From Myxococcales bacterium (GTDB lineage Bacteria > Myxococcota > B64-G9), in NCBI GenBank assembly GCA_012798435.1, contig JAAZNF010000003.1, positions 2,154-66,153 of the forward strand: a DNA stretch of 64,000 bases, written 5' to 3'. Under the pieces are notes generated by a model. That model ran no database searches. It had not been told where the DNA came from and saw nothing but the letters and a program-made list of their open reading frames with translations. Numbering within the stretch: position 1 is the first letter of the stretch; each line of letters starts with the position of its first letter. Positions 1-11,373 of the stretch are shown here, piece by piece. A program made the translations under genes and the position numbers.

Positions 1-2
1 CG

Positions 3-1904
3 GTGTCATGGTGGGATTTCCGGAAGGTCAAACCCGTGGACTCGATCCCCCAGCAGATCTCGAAGTACCGCGTGATGGAAGAGGTCGGCCGGGGCGGCAT
101 GGCGGTGGTCTACCGGGGCTACGACCAGACCCTGGACCGCCAGGTCGCCATCAAGGTCCTGCACCCACACCTGGCCACGGACGCCGACAGCCGGGTGCGG
201 TTTCAGCGGGAGGCCCGCGCGGTGGCCCGCCTGCACCACCCCCACATCATCGAGATCTTCGACTTCGCCGACCGTGACGACGGGCCGAGCTACATCGTCA
301 CCGAGTTCATCGAGGGCGAGACGCTCAAGGCCTTCATCGAGCGGCACAGGCTGTACTTCCCCGAGATCGCGGTAATGATCGCCATCCAACTGTGCGAGGC
401 GGTAGACCACGCCCACAAGCTCCAGATCATCCACCGCGACTTAAAGCCCGAGAACGTCATGGTCGATCGCCTGGGCAGCCTCAAGCTGATGGACTTCGGC
501 ATCGCCAAGGTGCTCGATCACGAGCAGCAGATGACGCTCACCGGGAGCATCCTGGGGTCGCCGGCCCACATGGCTCCGGAACTCTTGGAGGGCAAGGAGC
601 TCGACTTTCGCTCCGATGTCTTTTCCATCGGCACCGTCCTGTACTGGCTGGCGACGGGGCAGCTCCCGTTCACCGGCAAGAACCCCCATCAGGTGCTGCG
701 CGCCATCCTCGAGGGTAGGTTCCCGGACCCGCGCCGGGTAAATCCCCAGGTCGGCGAGCCGCTGGCCGCGGTGATCACACGCGCGCTGGCTCACGACCCG
801 GCCGAACGCTACCCCTCGGCCTCGGCCATGCTGTCCAGCCTGCACGGGCTGCTGGCGGACCTCGAGATCTCCGACATCGATTCGGAGTTGAGATTTTTCT
901 TTTCAGAACCAGCTGATTACACCAACAAGCTAAAGCAAAAGGTTGAAGATCTATTGCTCCGCAGGGGCAGAGAACGATTGGCCCGCAAGAAGACGGCCCT
1001 GGCTCTCCAGGACTTCGACCGGCTGCTCGCGTTGCAGCCCGGTCACACCGAGGTCCTGGCGCTGGTCAATGGCATCCAGCGGGGCCAGCGCCGGCGAAAA
1101 CGCCTGGCCATCGGCGGCGCTTGTCTGATCGTATTCGGGATCTGGAAACTTGTGCCCGAACCGATGCCCGTCTCCCTCGACGCCGGAGCGCTCGAACCGG
1201 CGCCGCCGCCGGACGCGGGCAGTCCGTACGACGCAGGTGCCCAAGTCACCGAAGCAGACGGCGCGCAAGAAACCTCGGCCGCGGACGCCGGCGCCGAGCC
1301 GGGCACCGGAGGCGACCGGGTGAACGTCCCGGCGCCCGCCGACGCGCGGCGCGTGGTGGTGGCCCCGCGTGATCCCGGCCCGGCGGATCTTTCGTTGCCG
1401 CGCCAGCCGGTTCGCATCGTGAGCGAGCCCTACTTCGAGCGCATCCTTCTGAACGGCAAGCTCATGGCCAAGGCCGATCAGAGCAACGCCTTCGGGCAGA
1501 TCTTAGAAGCCTCGCTCCCGGTCGGCCGCCACACCCTGGTCATCCAGCGCCAGAGCTGCCAGGATGACGAGTTCGAGATCGTGGTTCCGAAGACCCCGCC
1601 GCCCGGCGGCCTGGAGTTCCGGCGCCAGCTCCGCTTCCTCCCCGCCTCGCTGGCAGTGGACTCCGAGGTGCCCGAGGCCGCGGTGTGGGTGGACGGGGTC
1701 TTCAAGGGAAAGGCGAAAGACAGCCTGCTCTCCCCCATCGTCATCACCCTGGAAGGCCGCCAGGGTCGCCGCACGGTCCGCGTCCGCCTGGAAGCCCCCG
1801 ATGGCCGCCGCCTGGAACGCGAGATGCAAGTCGAAGCCGGCGGAGCCTCGCGGCTTGTGGTACGCTCATCCGAGCTCGCGAGCCCCGGAGGGAAGACCCC
1901 ATGA
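3..1904 (+). CDS. Membrane Ser/Thr protein kinase with C-terminal PEGA-like domain. GTG start at 3; may be 5'-partial at the window edge.
   Basis: Hanks kinase motifs (VGRGGMAVVY, AIKVL, HRDLKPEN, DFG, APE); TM helix LAIGGACLIVFGIW; C-terminal PEGA-like beta region; high GC3. Confidence 0.8.
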   Translation: MSWWDFRKVKPVDSIPQQISKYRVMEEVGRGGMAVVYRGYDQTLDRQVAIKVLHPHLATDADSRVRFQREARAVARLHHPHIIEIFDFADRDDGPSYIVTEFIEGETLKAFIERHRLYFPEIAVMIAIQLCEAVDHAHKLQIIHRDLKPENVMVDRLGSLKLMDFGIAKVLDHEQQMTLTGSILGSPAHMAPELLEGKELDFRSDVFSIGTVLYWLATGQLPFTGKNPHQVLRAILEGRFPDPRRVNPQVGEPLAAVITRALAHDPAERYPSASAMLSSLHGLLADLEISDIDSELRFFFSEPADYTNKLKQKVEDLLLRRGRERLARKKTALALQDFDRLLALQPGHTEVLALVNGIQRGQRRRKRLAIGGACLIVFGIWKLVPEPMPVSLDAGALEPAPPPDAGSPYDAGAQVTEADGAQETSAADAGAEPGTGGDRVNVPAPADARRVVVAPRDPGPADLSLPRQPVRIVSEPYFERILLNGKLMAKADQSNAFGQILEASLPVGRHTLVIQRQSCQDDEFEIVVPKTPPPGGLEFRRQLRFLPASLAVDSEVPEAAVWVDGVFKGKAKDSLLSPIVITLEGRQGRRTVRVRLEAPDGRRLEREMQVEAGGASRLVVRSSELASPGGKTP

Positions 1905-2785
1905 GCCGCCGCCTGCGCCTTTCGAGCCTGTGCGCCGCCCTGCTGGGCGCCGCGATCGCCAGGGCGGAATCGCCGGCCGAGCGTTTCGGCGAGGCGCGAC
2001 TCGAGTTCGAGCACAAGAACTTCGACAACGCCGTCCGCCTGCTGCGGCCGCTGCTCTACCCGACGGTGACCCTGGATCGCGAGGACGACATCGTGCTGGC
2101 CCGCGAGATGCTGGGCCTGTCGCTCTTCTACCAGGGACGGGAGGCAGAGGCCGCGGACGAGTTCCGCCTTCTTTTGTACCTCAGGCCGCGTCACCGGCTG
2201 GATCCGTTCCTGGTGCCGCCGCCGGCGGTGCGCCTGTTCGACTCCGTGCGCGAGGAGCCCACCATGCGCGAGAAGCTCGACCAGCTCGAGCGGGAGCGCC
2301 TGGAGCGCGAGCGTCGGGAGGCCGAGCAGAAGGCCGCCCCGCCCCGGACGCTGCTGCGCCGCCAGGTCTACGAGAAGACCGACGTGCAACACCACCGCCT
2401 GCTGGCGTTCTTGCCCTTCGGTATCGGGCAGTTCCAGAACGGCCACTCGGTGAAGGGCGTGCTATTGCTGACCGGGCAAGGGCTGGCCATCGCCACCAAC
2501 GTGGTGAGCTACCTCCTGATGCGGGTGCTGGCCGACGAGAACGGCTACTACACCAGCGAGGAGGTGCCGGTGGCCCGCGGGCTACGCGTGAGTCTCTACA
2601 CGTCCCTGGGCGTGTTCGCCGCGCTGTGGCTGTACGGCGCCATCGACGCCAACTGGTACTTCACCCCGCGCACCGCCGGCCAGCCGGTGCTGATCCGCGA
2701 CGAGCAGGAACAGGCCGGCGGCGTGAGCCTGGTCCCCGGCGTCCTGCCCGGCGGCGGGGGGCTTACGCTCATGGGGCGCTTCTAG
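1901..2785 (+). CDS. Signal-peptide TPR protein with ER-rich single alpha-helix and C-terminal hydrophobic anchors (paralogue of 7084..7758).
   Basis: ATG at 1901 overlaps kinase stop (ATGA); N-terminal signal peptide; TPR-like helices; ERERLERERREAEQKA charged helix; two C-terminal hydrophobic segments. Confidence 0.55.
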   Translation: MSRRLRLSSLCAALLGAAIARAESPAERFGEARLEFEHKNFDNAVRLLRPLLYPTVTLDREDDIVLAREMLGLSLFYQGREAEAADEFRLLLYLRPRHRLDPFLVPPPAVRLFDSVREEPTMREKLDQLERERLERERREAEQKAAPPRTLLRRQVYEKTDVQHHRLLAFLPFGIGQFQNGHSVKGVLLLTGQGLAIATNVVSYLLMRVLADENGYYTSEEVPVARGLRVSLYTSLGVFAALWLYGAIDANWYFTPRTAGQPVLIRDEQEQAGGVSLVPGVLPGGGGLTLMGRF

Positions 2786-2802
2786 CCCCGAGGAGGAGTC
2801 GC

Positions 2803-4623
<1,821 letters not shown>

Positions 4624-4747
4624 CGGCGGTGTCACACAAGGGCCCCTCACGGGCTGGGCCGGTCGCCGCGCCGCGAATAAATACCGCCGTGTTTTCAGGC
4701 AAATAGGAGACCCGTCCGCGTTGGCAACGTTTTTGCGAAATCCATCG

Positions 4748-5305
4748 ATGGCGAGAATGCTCGCGGCGGCTTGCATGCTGGGAGCGGCCATGTCCATGAC
4801 GGCCTCCTGTCTCATCGCCCCGGACATCAACGAAAAGCCCGAGGAGATCCTATACCCTCCGGAGATCGACACCACCTCGCTGTACCCCGCCTTCCCCCCG
4901 TTCTTTCGCCTGTCGAAGGACTGCCCCTCCGTGACCTTCAAGCCGACCAAGCTGCGCGACCGCAACCGCAAGGATACGTTGTACGTGCGCTGGTTCTTCG
5001 ACTGGGATCCGGACAATCGCTACGAGGCTTTGTCCACCTACACCGTCTCTCCCGGCGGCCAGGAGGAGCGGCCCTTCCCGGACAACGCGCGCAAGATCCT
5101 GTCCGCCAGCGAGTACCCGGCCACCGACTTGAGCGGGACGAGCCGGGTGCAGACGCTCTCCGTCTTCGTATTCGATCGTTCGCCCGACCAGTCTCCCGGG
5201 ACCAACGGCATCCAGTTCCCGGCGGGATCGGACGGGTTCTTCACCAGCTACACCTGGGTGTACCAGGTGACCCCCGATGGGGACTGCCCTCCGAGCCCAC
5301 CATGA
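4748..5305 (+). CDS. Hypothetical lipoprotein.
   Basis: Lipobox-like MTASC after a signal peptide; in-frame ATG within ORF 4586..5305; 3' end overlaps the next gene by 4 nt. Confidence 0.5.
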   Translation: MARMLAAACMLGAAMSMTASCLIAPDINEKPEEILYPPEIDTTSLYPAFPPFFRLSKDCPSVTFKPTKLRDRNRKDTLYVRWFFDWDPDNRYEALSTYTVSPGGQEERPFPDNARKILSASEYPATDLSGTSRVQTLSVFVFDRSPDQSPGTNGIQFPAGSDGFFTSYTWVYQVTPDGDCPPSPP

Positions 5306-6990
5306 AGATGCGCCATTCTTCCATCGCGGTGGCCCTGTTGTTGGGATGCCTCGGCGCCAGCTCCTGCGCCATGGAGAGTGCGCGGAGCTGCATCGACAAC
5401 CTCGACTGCCCGCTCAACCAGCGCTGCGAGAGCTTTCGCTGCGTGAACTTCCCCAGCATCGTGCCGACCTCGGTGGTGGCCATCGAGATCCACCCCGGCG
5501 GGATCCCCGGCTCGGCCTTCACCCCCATCCCCGAGCTGGACCTCAAGGACCCCGAGGTGGACATCGACGAGCTGGAGATCGAGACCATGCCCGCCTCGCG
5601 CCTGCAGGGGACCATCGACTCGCCCTTCGCGCCCGGTGGTGTCCCCGGCAACCTGACCGCCTCGCGCGACCCCGCCATCGACAGTCGCAAGCTCAGCTTC
5701 AGCATCCCGGTGGACGACGCGGGGTACTTCGACTTCGAGGTGACACCGAGCGGCCCCGCCGAGGGGCCGGACCGCGAGCGCTACCGTTACCAGCTCGTCT
5801 TCTCGCCAGTGAACCGCGCGGACCTGCCCCAGCTCGGCCGCCAGGACTTCCCGATCACCTCCGGCGCCACCGCCCAGCCCGACTTCAAGTACCCTGTTTA
5901 CCCCGCGCCGGAGAACATCGAGAGCCAGACCCGCCTCCTCTTGCTGCGCGGCAAGTTGTTGCAGAGCCCCGCCTACCCCCACCCTCCCACGGGTTACCGG
6001 GTGGAGGGGATCACCGCGGAGGGCCTGCGCACCAACCTGGTCGGGCTCGACGCCGAGGGGCGTTTCTGGTTGCGGTTGCCCGTGCTGCGCAGCAGCGCGA
6101 GCCCCTGCGACGGTGAGCGCTGCTTCATCTTTCCCACGCACCTTGCGCTGGTGATCCGTCCCGAGTCCAGCGAGGCTCGCCTGCCGACCATCCGCGTGCC
6201 GGACGTCTCCATCGACTCGTACGATCTCGGTACCTTCTTCATCGGCGAGTTGCCGGCGAGCCGCGCCCTCTCCGGAACGGTGACCGCCGCCGACGGCTCC
6301 CGGCTGGCCGAGGCCTGGCTGTTCTTCACCGCCGACCGGCTCGGCAACGGGAGTTTCACCTATTCGGTACAGACCGATTCCGCCGGCACCTTCGCCACTA
6401 CGCTGCCCGCGGGCGGCTACCGGGTGCTGCTGGTGCCGCCCGATACCGCCCCAGCGCGCATGGAGGCCTTCCGACTGGAGCTGTGGGAGGACTTCAACGA
6501 CTGGCAGCTTTCGCTGCCGCCGCGCCTGGCGCTGAGCGGCACCGTGCGGGACTTCCAGAAGAACGCGGTGCCGGAGGTGACGGTGTGGGCCACGCGAATG
6601 ACCGACCTGGACGGCAACGACGATGGGGTGGTGCGCCGCTGGGAGACCCAGACCGACGGGCTGGGCAGGTTCACCCTGGCGCTCGACGCCGGCCGCTACA
6701 ACCTCGAGTTCGTACCGCCGGCCGTATCCCGCCTACCCCGGGAGCAGAAGACCGGTTTCGCGGTCTCCAACGATACCTTGGACTTCTTGGACGTCGAGCT
6801 GCCGCCGCCAGCGTTCCTGCAGGGTCACGTCTTCGACAGCCGGGGCCAACCGCTGTGCGGGGCGACCCTCAGCATCTTCAAGGCCGACCCCGACCGGGCC
6901 TTCCTCATCGGCGAGACCATCTCCGGCGGCTCGAGCACCTGCACCGGCGCCTTCACCGTGATCATCCCCGGAATCCTGGTGGCGCCGTGA
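5302..6990 (+). CDS. Hypothetical lipoprotein with carboxypeptidase-regulatory-like beta-sandwich repeats.
   Basis: MKMRHSSIAVALLLGCLGASSC lipobox; ATGA overlap with upstream gene; repeated SGTV..D..G.P...A.V.. beta-sandwich-like segments. Confidence 0.55.
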   Translation: MKMRHSSIAVALLLGCLGASSCAMESARSCIDNLDCPLNQRCESFRCVNFPSIVPTSVVAIEIHPGGIPGSAFTPIPELDLKDPEVDIDELEIETMPASRLQGTIDSPFAPGGVPGNLTASRDPAIDSRKLSFSIPVDDAGYFDFEVTPSGPAEGPDRERYRYQLVFSPVNRADLPQLGRQDFPITSGATAQPDFKYPVYPAPENIESQTRLLLLRGKLLQSPAYPHPPTGYRVEGITAEGLRTNLVGLDAEGRFWLRLPVLRSSASPCDGERCFIFPTHLALVIRPESSEARLPTIRVPDVSIDSYDLGTFFIGELPASRALSGTVTAADGSRLAEAWLFFTADRLGNGSFTYSVQTDSAGTFATTLPAGGYRVLLVPPDTAPARMEAFRLELWEDFNDWQLSLPPRLALSGTVRDFQKNAVPEVTVWATRMTDLDGNDDGVVRRWETQTDGLGRFTLALDAGRYNLEFVPPAVSRLPREQKTGFAVSNDTLDFLDVELPPPAFLQGHVFDSRGQPLCGATLSIFKADPDRAFLIGETISGGSSTCTGAFTVIIPGILVAP

Positions 6991-7083
6991 GCTCAGGGCC
7001 TGTCTGATACCTTTTCCAAACCATCGCCTGCCTTGACACTCCCATACTCGTCCCCTAGCATAATCCTGGATCGAGGTGTAGTC

Positions 7084-7758
7084 ATGCGAGCGATGTGTGC
7101 GGGACTCGTACTGGTGATGGCTGTCGTATGGTGCGCGCCGACATACGCTGCCGATCCTGCCCGAAAGAAGGAAGCGAAGACCCACTTCAGCCAGGGAGAA
7201 AAGTTCTACCGCCTGGGGAAGTTCCAGGAGGCCCTCTCGGAATACTCCAAGGCGTACGAGATCCTGCCATTGCCGGGGTTCCTGTTCAACATCGGTCAGT
7301 GCCACCGGATGCTCGACGACCACGAGCGGGCGGTGTTCTTCTTCAAGGGGTACCTGCGCGAGCAACCCCGGGCCAAGAATCGCAAGCAGGTCGAAGCGCT
7401 CATCGCCGAGTGCGAAAGAAAGCTTGCCGAGGGAAAGAAGGCCGAGGAGGCGCGCCTGGCCGAGGAGCGGCGCGCCGCCGAGGAGGCGAGGCAGCGCGAG
7501 GAGGAGCAGAAGAAGGCCGAGCAAGCCCTGGCGCTGGAACGGCTGCGGCTCGAGGCGGCCAGGACCGCCGCTCCCCCTCCTCCTCCCGTCCCATCCCTGC
7601 CGGCGCCGGAGGCAGGCGAGCCCTTCTACAAGAAATGGTGGTTCTGGACCATCGCCGGCGCGATCATCGCCGGGGCCGCGGCCGGAACCTATTTCGCGGT
7701 TCGACCCGCCCCTTCGCCGGTCAACCCCTCGGGCAGTCTGGGCACCGTGGTGTGGTGA
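7084..7758 (+). CDS. Signal-peptide TPR protein with ER/K single alpha-helix, Pro-rich segment and C-terminal TM anchor (paralogue of 1901..2785).
   Basis: MRAMCAGLVLVMAVVWCAPTYA signal peptide; TPR helices; EEARLAEERRAAEEARQREEEQKKAEQ helix; WWFWTIAGAIIAGAAAGTYFAV TM; stop is 4 nt before the next start. Confidence 0.55.
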   Translation: MRAMCAGLVLVMAVVWCAPTYAADPARKKEAKTHFSQGEKFYRLGKFQEALSEYSKAYEILPLPGFLFNIGQCHRMLDDHERAVFFFKGYLREQPRAKNRKQVEALIAECERKLAEGKKAEEARLAEERRAAEEARQREEEQKKAEQALALERLRLEAARTAAPPPPPVPSLPAPEAGEPFYKKWWFWTIAGAIIAGAAAGTYFAVRPAPSPVNPSGSLGTVVW

Positions 7759-7761
7759 ACC

Positions 7762-10700
7762 ATGAGAACCGCAAAGAAGTCCTTCAAGGGGCGACTGGCC
7801 CTGACCATCCTGGCAGGCCTCCTCGCCGCTGCCTGTCAAGACGCTCCCGTACGCGATGACGTGGTCGGCCTGCAAGTGGAGGTCACCTACGCCGCCGGGC
7901 TGTCTCTCGATCGGCTTCGCTTTTTGGTGATCCACGACCGCGCCGCCTACCGCGATCCTGTGGAACGGCCCGATCCGCCCCGGCCGCTGTCCAGCACGGG
8001 CGAACAACTCGTGTTCGTGTTCCCGGACGAGATGGCCGGCCAGGATGTCACGGTGCGGGTGGATGGGCTGGCGTCGGACGCGCTCAAGGCCTCGGGCGCG
8101 GGTTCGACCCGGCTTCAGGCGAATCGACTCGTCGTCCTCAAGGTATCCCTCGGCGATCCGGCGCGGTGCGGCGATCAGGCCCTGGCAGCTACCCTCGAGG
8201 AGTGCGATGACGGAGACGCCGAGCCGGGCGACGGCTGCTCGGCGCTGTGCCTGGTAGAGGAGGGCTGGCACTGCGACCAGGGCTCTCCGACGACGTGTTT
8301 CCACTGCGGCGACGGGAATTGCGACGCGGGCGAGGACCTGTGCAACTGCCCCGGCGAGTGCAACACCACCGTGTGCGGCGACGGCTCTTGCTGCCTGCGC
8401 GGCGGCGAGAACGCCTGCTCCTGCCCTCAGGATTGCCAGGAGGGACTGTGCGGCGACGGCCTGTGCTGCGTGAGCGCGGGCGAGAACACCTGCGATTGCC
8501 AGCTCGATTGCGGCATGGAAGTTTGTGGCAACGGCATGTGCTGCTCGAAATCGAACGAAACCGCCACGAGCTGCCGCGGCGACTGCGCCTTCGGCTGCGG
8601 CGACGGTGCCTGCCTCGACGCCGAGAACACCTGCTCCTGCCCGGGCGACTGCGGCGCGGGGGAGTGCGGCGACGGCATCTGCTGCACAGAAAACCAGGAG
8701 GATCGCTGTACCTGCCCCGACGATTGCGGCCAGGGTTCGTGCGGCGACGGGGTGTGTTGCACCGCCACCGGCGAGAACCCCTGCTCCTGTTCCAAAGACT
8801 GCGGCGCCAGTGCCTGCCCCGACGGCACCTGCTGTGCCGAAGGGGCGGAGAACCGCTGCACCTGTCCCGCCGATTGCGGCGCCGGAGATTGCGGCGATAG
8901 CATCTGCTGCGCCATCGCCGGCGAGAACGAGGCGAACTGCGCGCCGGACTGTAAGGCCGTGTGCCCCGATGGCCACTGCACCACGGGCGAGGATCTGTGC
9001 TCCTGCCCGCAGGATTGCCTGGCCGCCTCCTGCGGCGACGGCTCGTGCTGCGCCGCCGCCGGCGAGAACCCCTGCTCTTGCTCCCACGACTGCGGCGTGA
9101 GCAGTTGTGGGGACGGCGTGTGCTGCACCGCCCTCGGCGAGGATCGCTGCGCCTGCCCCCAGGACTGCGGCGCCGGGAGCTGCGGCGACGGTGTCTGTTG
9201 CGCCGCCGACGACGAAAACCGCTGCACCTGCGAGACCGACTGCGGCGGCGGTAGCTGCGGCGACGGCGTGTGCTGCGCGCGGACCGGTGAAAACCCCTGC
9301 GGCTGTCCGGGCGACTGCGGCGCGCCATCCTGCGGCGACCAGGACTGCTGTCCCCAGGCCAATGAAAACGTGTGTAGCTGCCCTGCCGACTGTCCCGGCA
9401 CCAGCACCTGCGGCGACGGGGTGTGCTGCGCCGCCACAGGCGAGAACAAGTGCACTTGCCCTGGCGATTGCCCGGGCGGCGACTGCGGCGACGGCCTGTG
9501 CTGCCGCATTCGCGGAGAAGACGTCTGCACATGCCCTCGCGACTGCGGTGAAGGGACCTGCGGCGACCGGGTGTGCTGTGCGCCGGTCGGCGAAGACGGC
9601 ACGAGCTGTCCGCAGGACTGCGGTTGCGGCAACGGCAGCTGCGATGCGGGAGAGGACGTGTGCAACTGCGCCCAGGATTGCAGCGGCGCAACGTGTGGGG
9701 ACAACCGGTGCTGCAGCGCCGGGAGCGAAAACCCCTGCGCCTGCCCGGCCGACTGCGGCACCAGCCTGTGCGGCGATGGCGTGTGCTGCGAGGCTACGAG
9801 CGAGAATCCGTGCACTTGCCCCGGCGACTGTCCCGGGGCACGCTGCGGCGATGGCACCTGCTGCGCCGCCACCAGCGAGGACGCCTGCAACTGCCCCGTC
9901 GACTGCCCCGGCGGGAGCTGCGGTGACGGCACCTGCTGCGTAGCCACCGGCGAGAACACCTGCACCTGCCCCGGCGACTGCCCCGGTGGGCGCTGTGGCG
10001 ACGGGATCTGCTGCGCCACTGCGAACGAGGATCCGACGAGCTGTCCCGATGATTGCGGCGCCTGTCCCAATACGGCAAGCGGTTTCTGGCTCTCCACCAG
10101 CGCTGACGTCTCCGGCTCCGGCATCGGCGGGCTCCCCTCCTGGAACGCCGGCGACGCGCTCGTGCTCGGTGATCCGAATCTCGCCCTCGAACCCGGCGGC
10201 AGCGCGGGCACGCTGTCGCGGGCCTTCCAGCTCTCTTCCTTCGCCGCCGACGGCAGCGCCAACATCGACGGCCTGCACCGGGTCGGACGCGATCTCACCC
10301 TGGGCACGAGCGGCGCCACGGTGGAGGTGAAGGCCGGTGACCTTTTGCTCTCGACCCAGGATGCCGAGACGCTGGGCGGGATCGCGGTGAATTTCAACGA
10401 CGTGGTGCGCTTCCACCCTGCCGCGCCCGGCGATTACACCACCGGTGATTTCACCGTTCTCTTCGATGGCGCGGCCCTGGTGATTTCACCGACCAGCAAC
10501 AACCTCACGGCGTTTACCCTGGTCGAGCGAGAGGTGACGCTGCCGGACATCACCCTGCCGGCCGGTACCCTGCTCTTCTCACAGAACGGTCCCGTGCCAC
10601 GAAAGAACCTCTACATGTACATCCCGACGTCGCTGGGGCCCGGCACGACCCAGGGCAGCCGCACCGTCCTGCTCAACATGATTCCGCTTGGAATACCCTC

Positions 10701-10971
10701 CTCGAACCCGCTCTCCGGCCTCGACATCCTCGAGGAGTGCGTGGTCATCGGCGACGAGATCCTGCCGGCGGGCCGTTTGCTTGTGAGCGTCCCGGTTTCC
10801 GGGCGTCTTTCGGGCATGAGCGAGGACGTACTGCCGCATGACGTCGCGGAGATCATGCTCACCGCCACGGGGACTGCGGCCTCGGGCACGGCGCGCCTTC
10901 TGCTGCGCGGCGCCGACCTCGGCCTCGACAACCCCGCCGAGAGCCTCGACGCCCTGAGCATCCAGCCCTGA
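7762..10971 (+). CDS. Giant cysteine-rich repeat lipoprotein: one Myxococcus cysteine-rich (Myxo_disulf_rpt-like) motif followed by ~24 tandem 25-aa 6-Cys units, then a Cys-free C-terminal beta-rich domain.
   Basis: Lipobox LAAAC; ECDDGDAEPGDGCSALC matches the TIGR02232-type motif; repeated CGDGxCCxxxGENxCxCPxDCG units; translationally coupled to the upstream gene. Confidence 0.75.
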   Translation: MRTAKKSFKGRLALTILAGLLAAACQDAPVRDDVVGLQVEVTYAAGLSLDRLRFLVIHDRAAYRDPVERPDPPRPLSSTGEQLVFVFPDEMAGQDVTVRVDGLASDALKASGAGSTRLQANRLVVLKVSLGDPARCGDQALAATLEECDDGDAEPGDGCSALCLVEEGWHCDQGSPTTCFHCGDGNCDAGEDLCNCPGECNTTVCGDGSCCLRGGENACSCPQDCQEGLCGDGLCCVSAGENTCDCQLDCGMEVCGNGMCCSKSNETATSCRGDCAFGCGDGACLDAENTCSCPGDCGAGECGDGICCTENQEDRCTCPDDCGQGSCGDGVCCTATGENPCSCSKDCGASACPDGTCCAEGAENRCTCPADCGAGDCGDSICCAIAGENEANCAPDCKAVCPDGHCTTGEDLCSCPQDCLAASCGDGSCCAAAGENPCSCSHDCGVSSCGDGVCCTALGEDRCACPQDCGAGSCGDGVCCAADDENRCTCETDCGGGSCGDGVCCARTGENPCGCPGDCGAPSCGDQDCCPQANENVCSCPADCPGTSTCGDGVCCAATGENKCTCPGDCPGGDCGDGLCCRIRGEDVCTCPRDCGEGTCGDRVCCAPVGEDGTSCPQDCGCGNGSCDAGEDVCNCAQDCSGATCGDNRCCSAGSENPCACPADCGTSLCGDGVCCEATSENPCTCPGDCPGARCGDGTCCAATSEDACNCPVDCPGGSCGDGTCCVATGENTCTCPGDCPGGRCGDGICCATANEDPTSCPDDCGACPNTASGFWLSTSADVSGSGIGGLPSWNAGDALVLGDPNLALEPGGSAGTLSRAFQLSSFAADGSANIDGLHRVGRDLTLGTSGATVEVKAGDLLLSTQDAETLGGIAVNFNDVVRFHPAAPGDYTTGDFTVLFDGAALVISPTSNNLTAFTLVEREVTLPDITLPAGTLLFSQNGPVPRKNLYMYIPTSLGPGTTQGSRTVLLNMIPLGIPSSNPLSGLDILEECVVIGDEILPAGRLLVSVPVSGRLSGMSEDVLPHDVAEIMLTATGTAASGTARLLLRGADLGLDNPAESLDALSIQP
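8290..10060 (+). repeat. Coding tandem repeat array, ~75-bp period, ~24 copies (the Cys-rich units of CDS 7762..10971).
   Basis: Recurrent tgcggcgacggc...tgctgc...ggcgagaac...tgc.c.tgcc.c.gactgcgg at 75-bp spacing. Confidence 0.7.
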
Positions 10972-10985
10972 GTTTCCCAATACCT

Positions 10986-11025
10986 TCAGCAAGGGGGCTT
11001 GCCCCCGCTATTTTCTCTTGTTCTC
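10986..11025 (+). terminator. Rho-independent terminator downstream of the Cys-rich lipoprotein gene.
   Basis: gcaagggggcttgcccccgc hairpin followed by tattttctcttgttc T-rich tract. Confidence 0.55.
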
Positions 11026-11093
11026 CACCTTTGATTTTTCCCCTTTATTATTAGCGCCTTTTCGGAGCTCTTTTCCTCGAGGGTTCCCAGGGT

Positions 11094-11185
11094 TCAAGGG
11101 GCGCAGCCCCTTACAATGTTCTCTTGAGTTTTCTTGCACGGGGGCGCTGCCCCCGTGAACCCCCGGTACCTCACCCGGGGGATGA
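11094..11185. repeat. Cluster of three GC-rich palindromic (REP-like) hairpins in the intergenic region.
   Basis: ggggcgcagcccc; cacgggggcgctgcccccgtg; cccccggtacctcacccggggg. Confidence 0.4.
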
Positions 11186-11373
11186 AGTGAGGCGAAGAAA
11201 ACCTCGGAGAAAACCTTCTTCTAAGGAAAAGCAGGAAAAAACTCTGGAGAAACCCCTTTTGCAATCTTGAGCGCGGCGCGCCAGGCAAGCGGTTTTCGAT
11301 AACAGGTTGACAAGGGCCCGCCGTCTGGCCGACGATGGGGCCTGTCGAATCAGTTTTTCCCTGGGGGTGACTG

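Noticed and set aside
1685-2785. Longer 366-aa version of the TPR/single-helix gene starting at 1685
   Set aside because: The upstream part overlaps the kinase coding frame out of frame; the ATG at 1901 (ATGA overlap with the kinase stop) followed by a signal peptide is the plausible start
8189-10397. Minus-strand ORFs (656 aa with a PSPQ-repeat; 500 aa Arg/Ser-rich) and several plus-strand alternative-frame ORFs inside the Cys-repeat gene
   Set aside because: They are periodic only because they are alternative frames of the 75-bp coding repeat. The Cys-rich frame has the lipoprotein signal, coupling to the upstream gene and the conserved Cys spacing
6733-10416. 1227-aa minus-strand ORF spanning three plus-strand genes
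   Set aside because: Antisense shadow ORF typical of ~70% GC DNA: Ala/Gly/Arg-rich low-complexity translation with no motifs, and it opposes genes that have clear signal peptides, RBSs and domain content
11250-11275. Possible σ54 promoter (TGGAGA...TTGCA) upstream of the dual-FHA gene
   Set aside because: Spacing between the GG and GC elements is 14 nt rather than the required 10-11, so it does not fit the -24/-12 consensus
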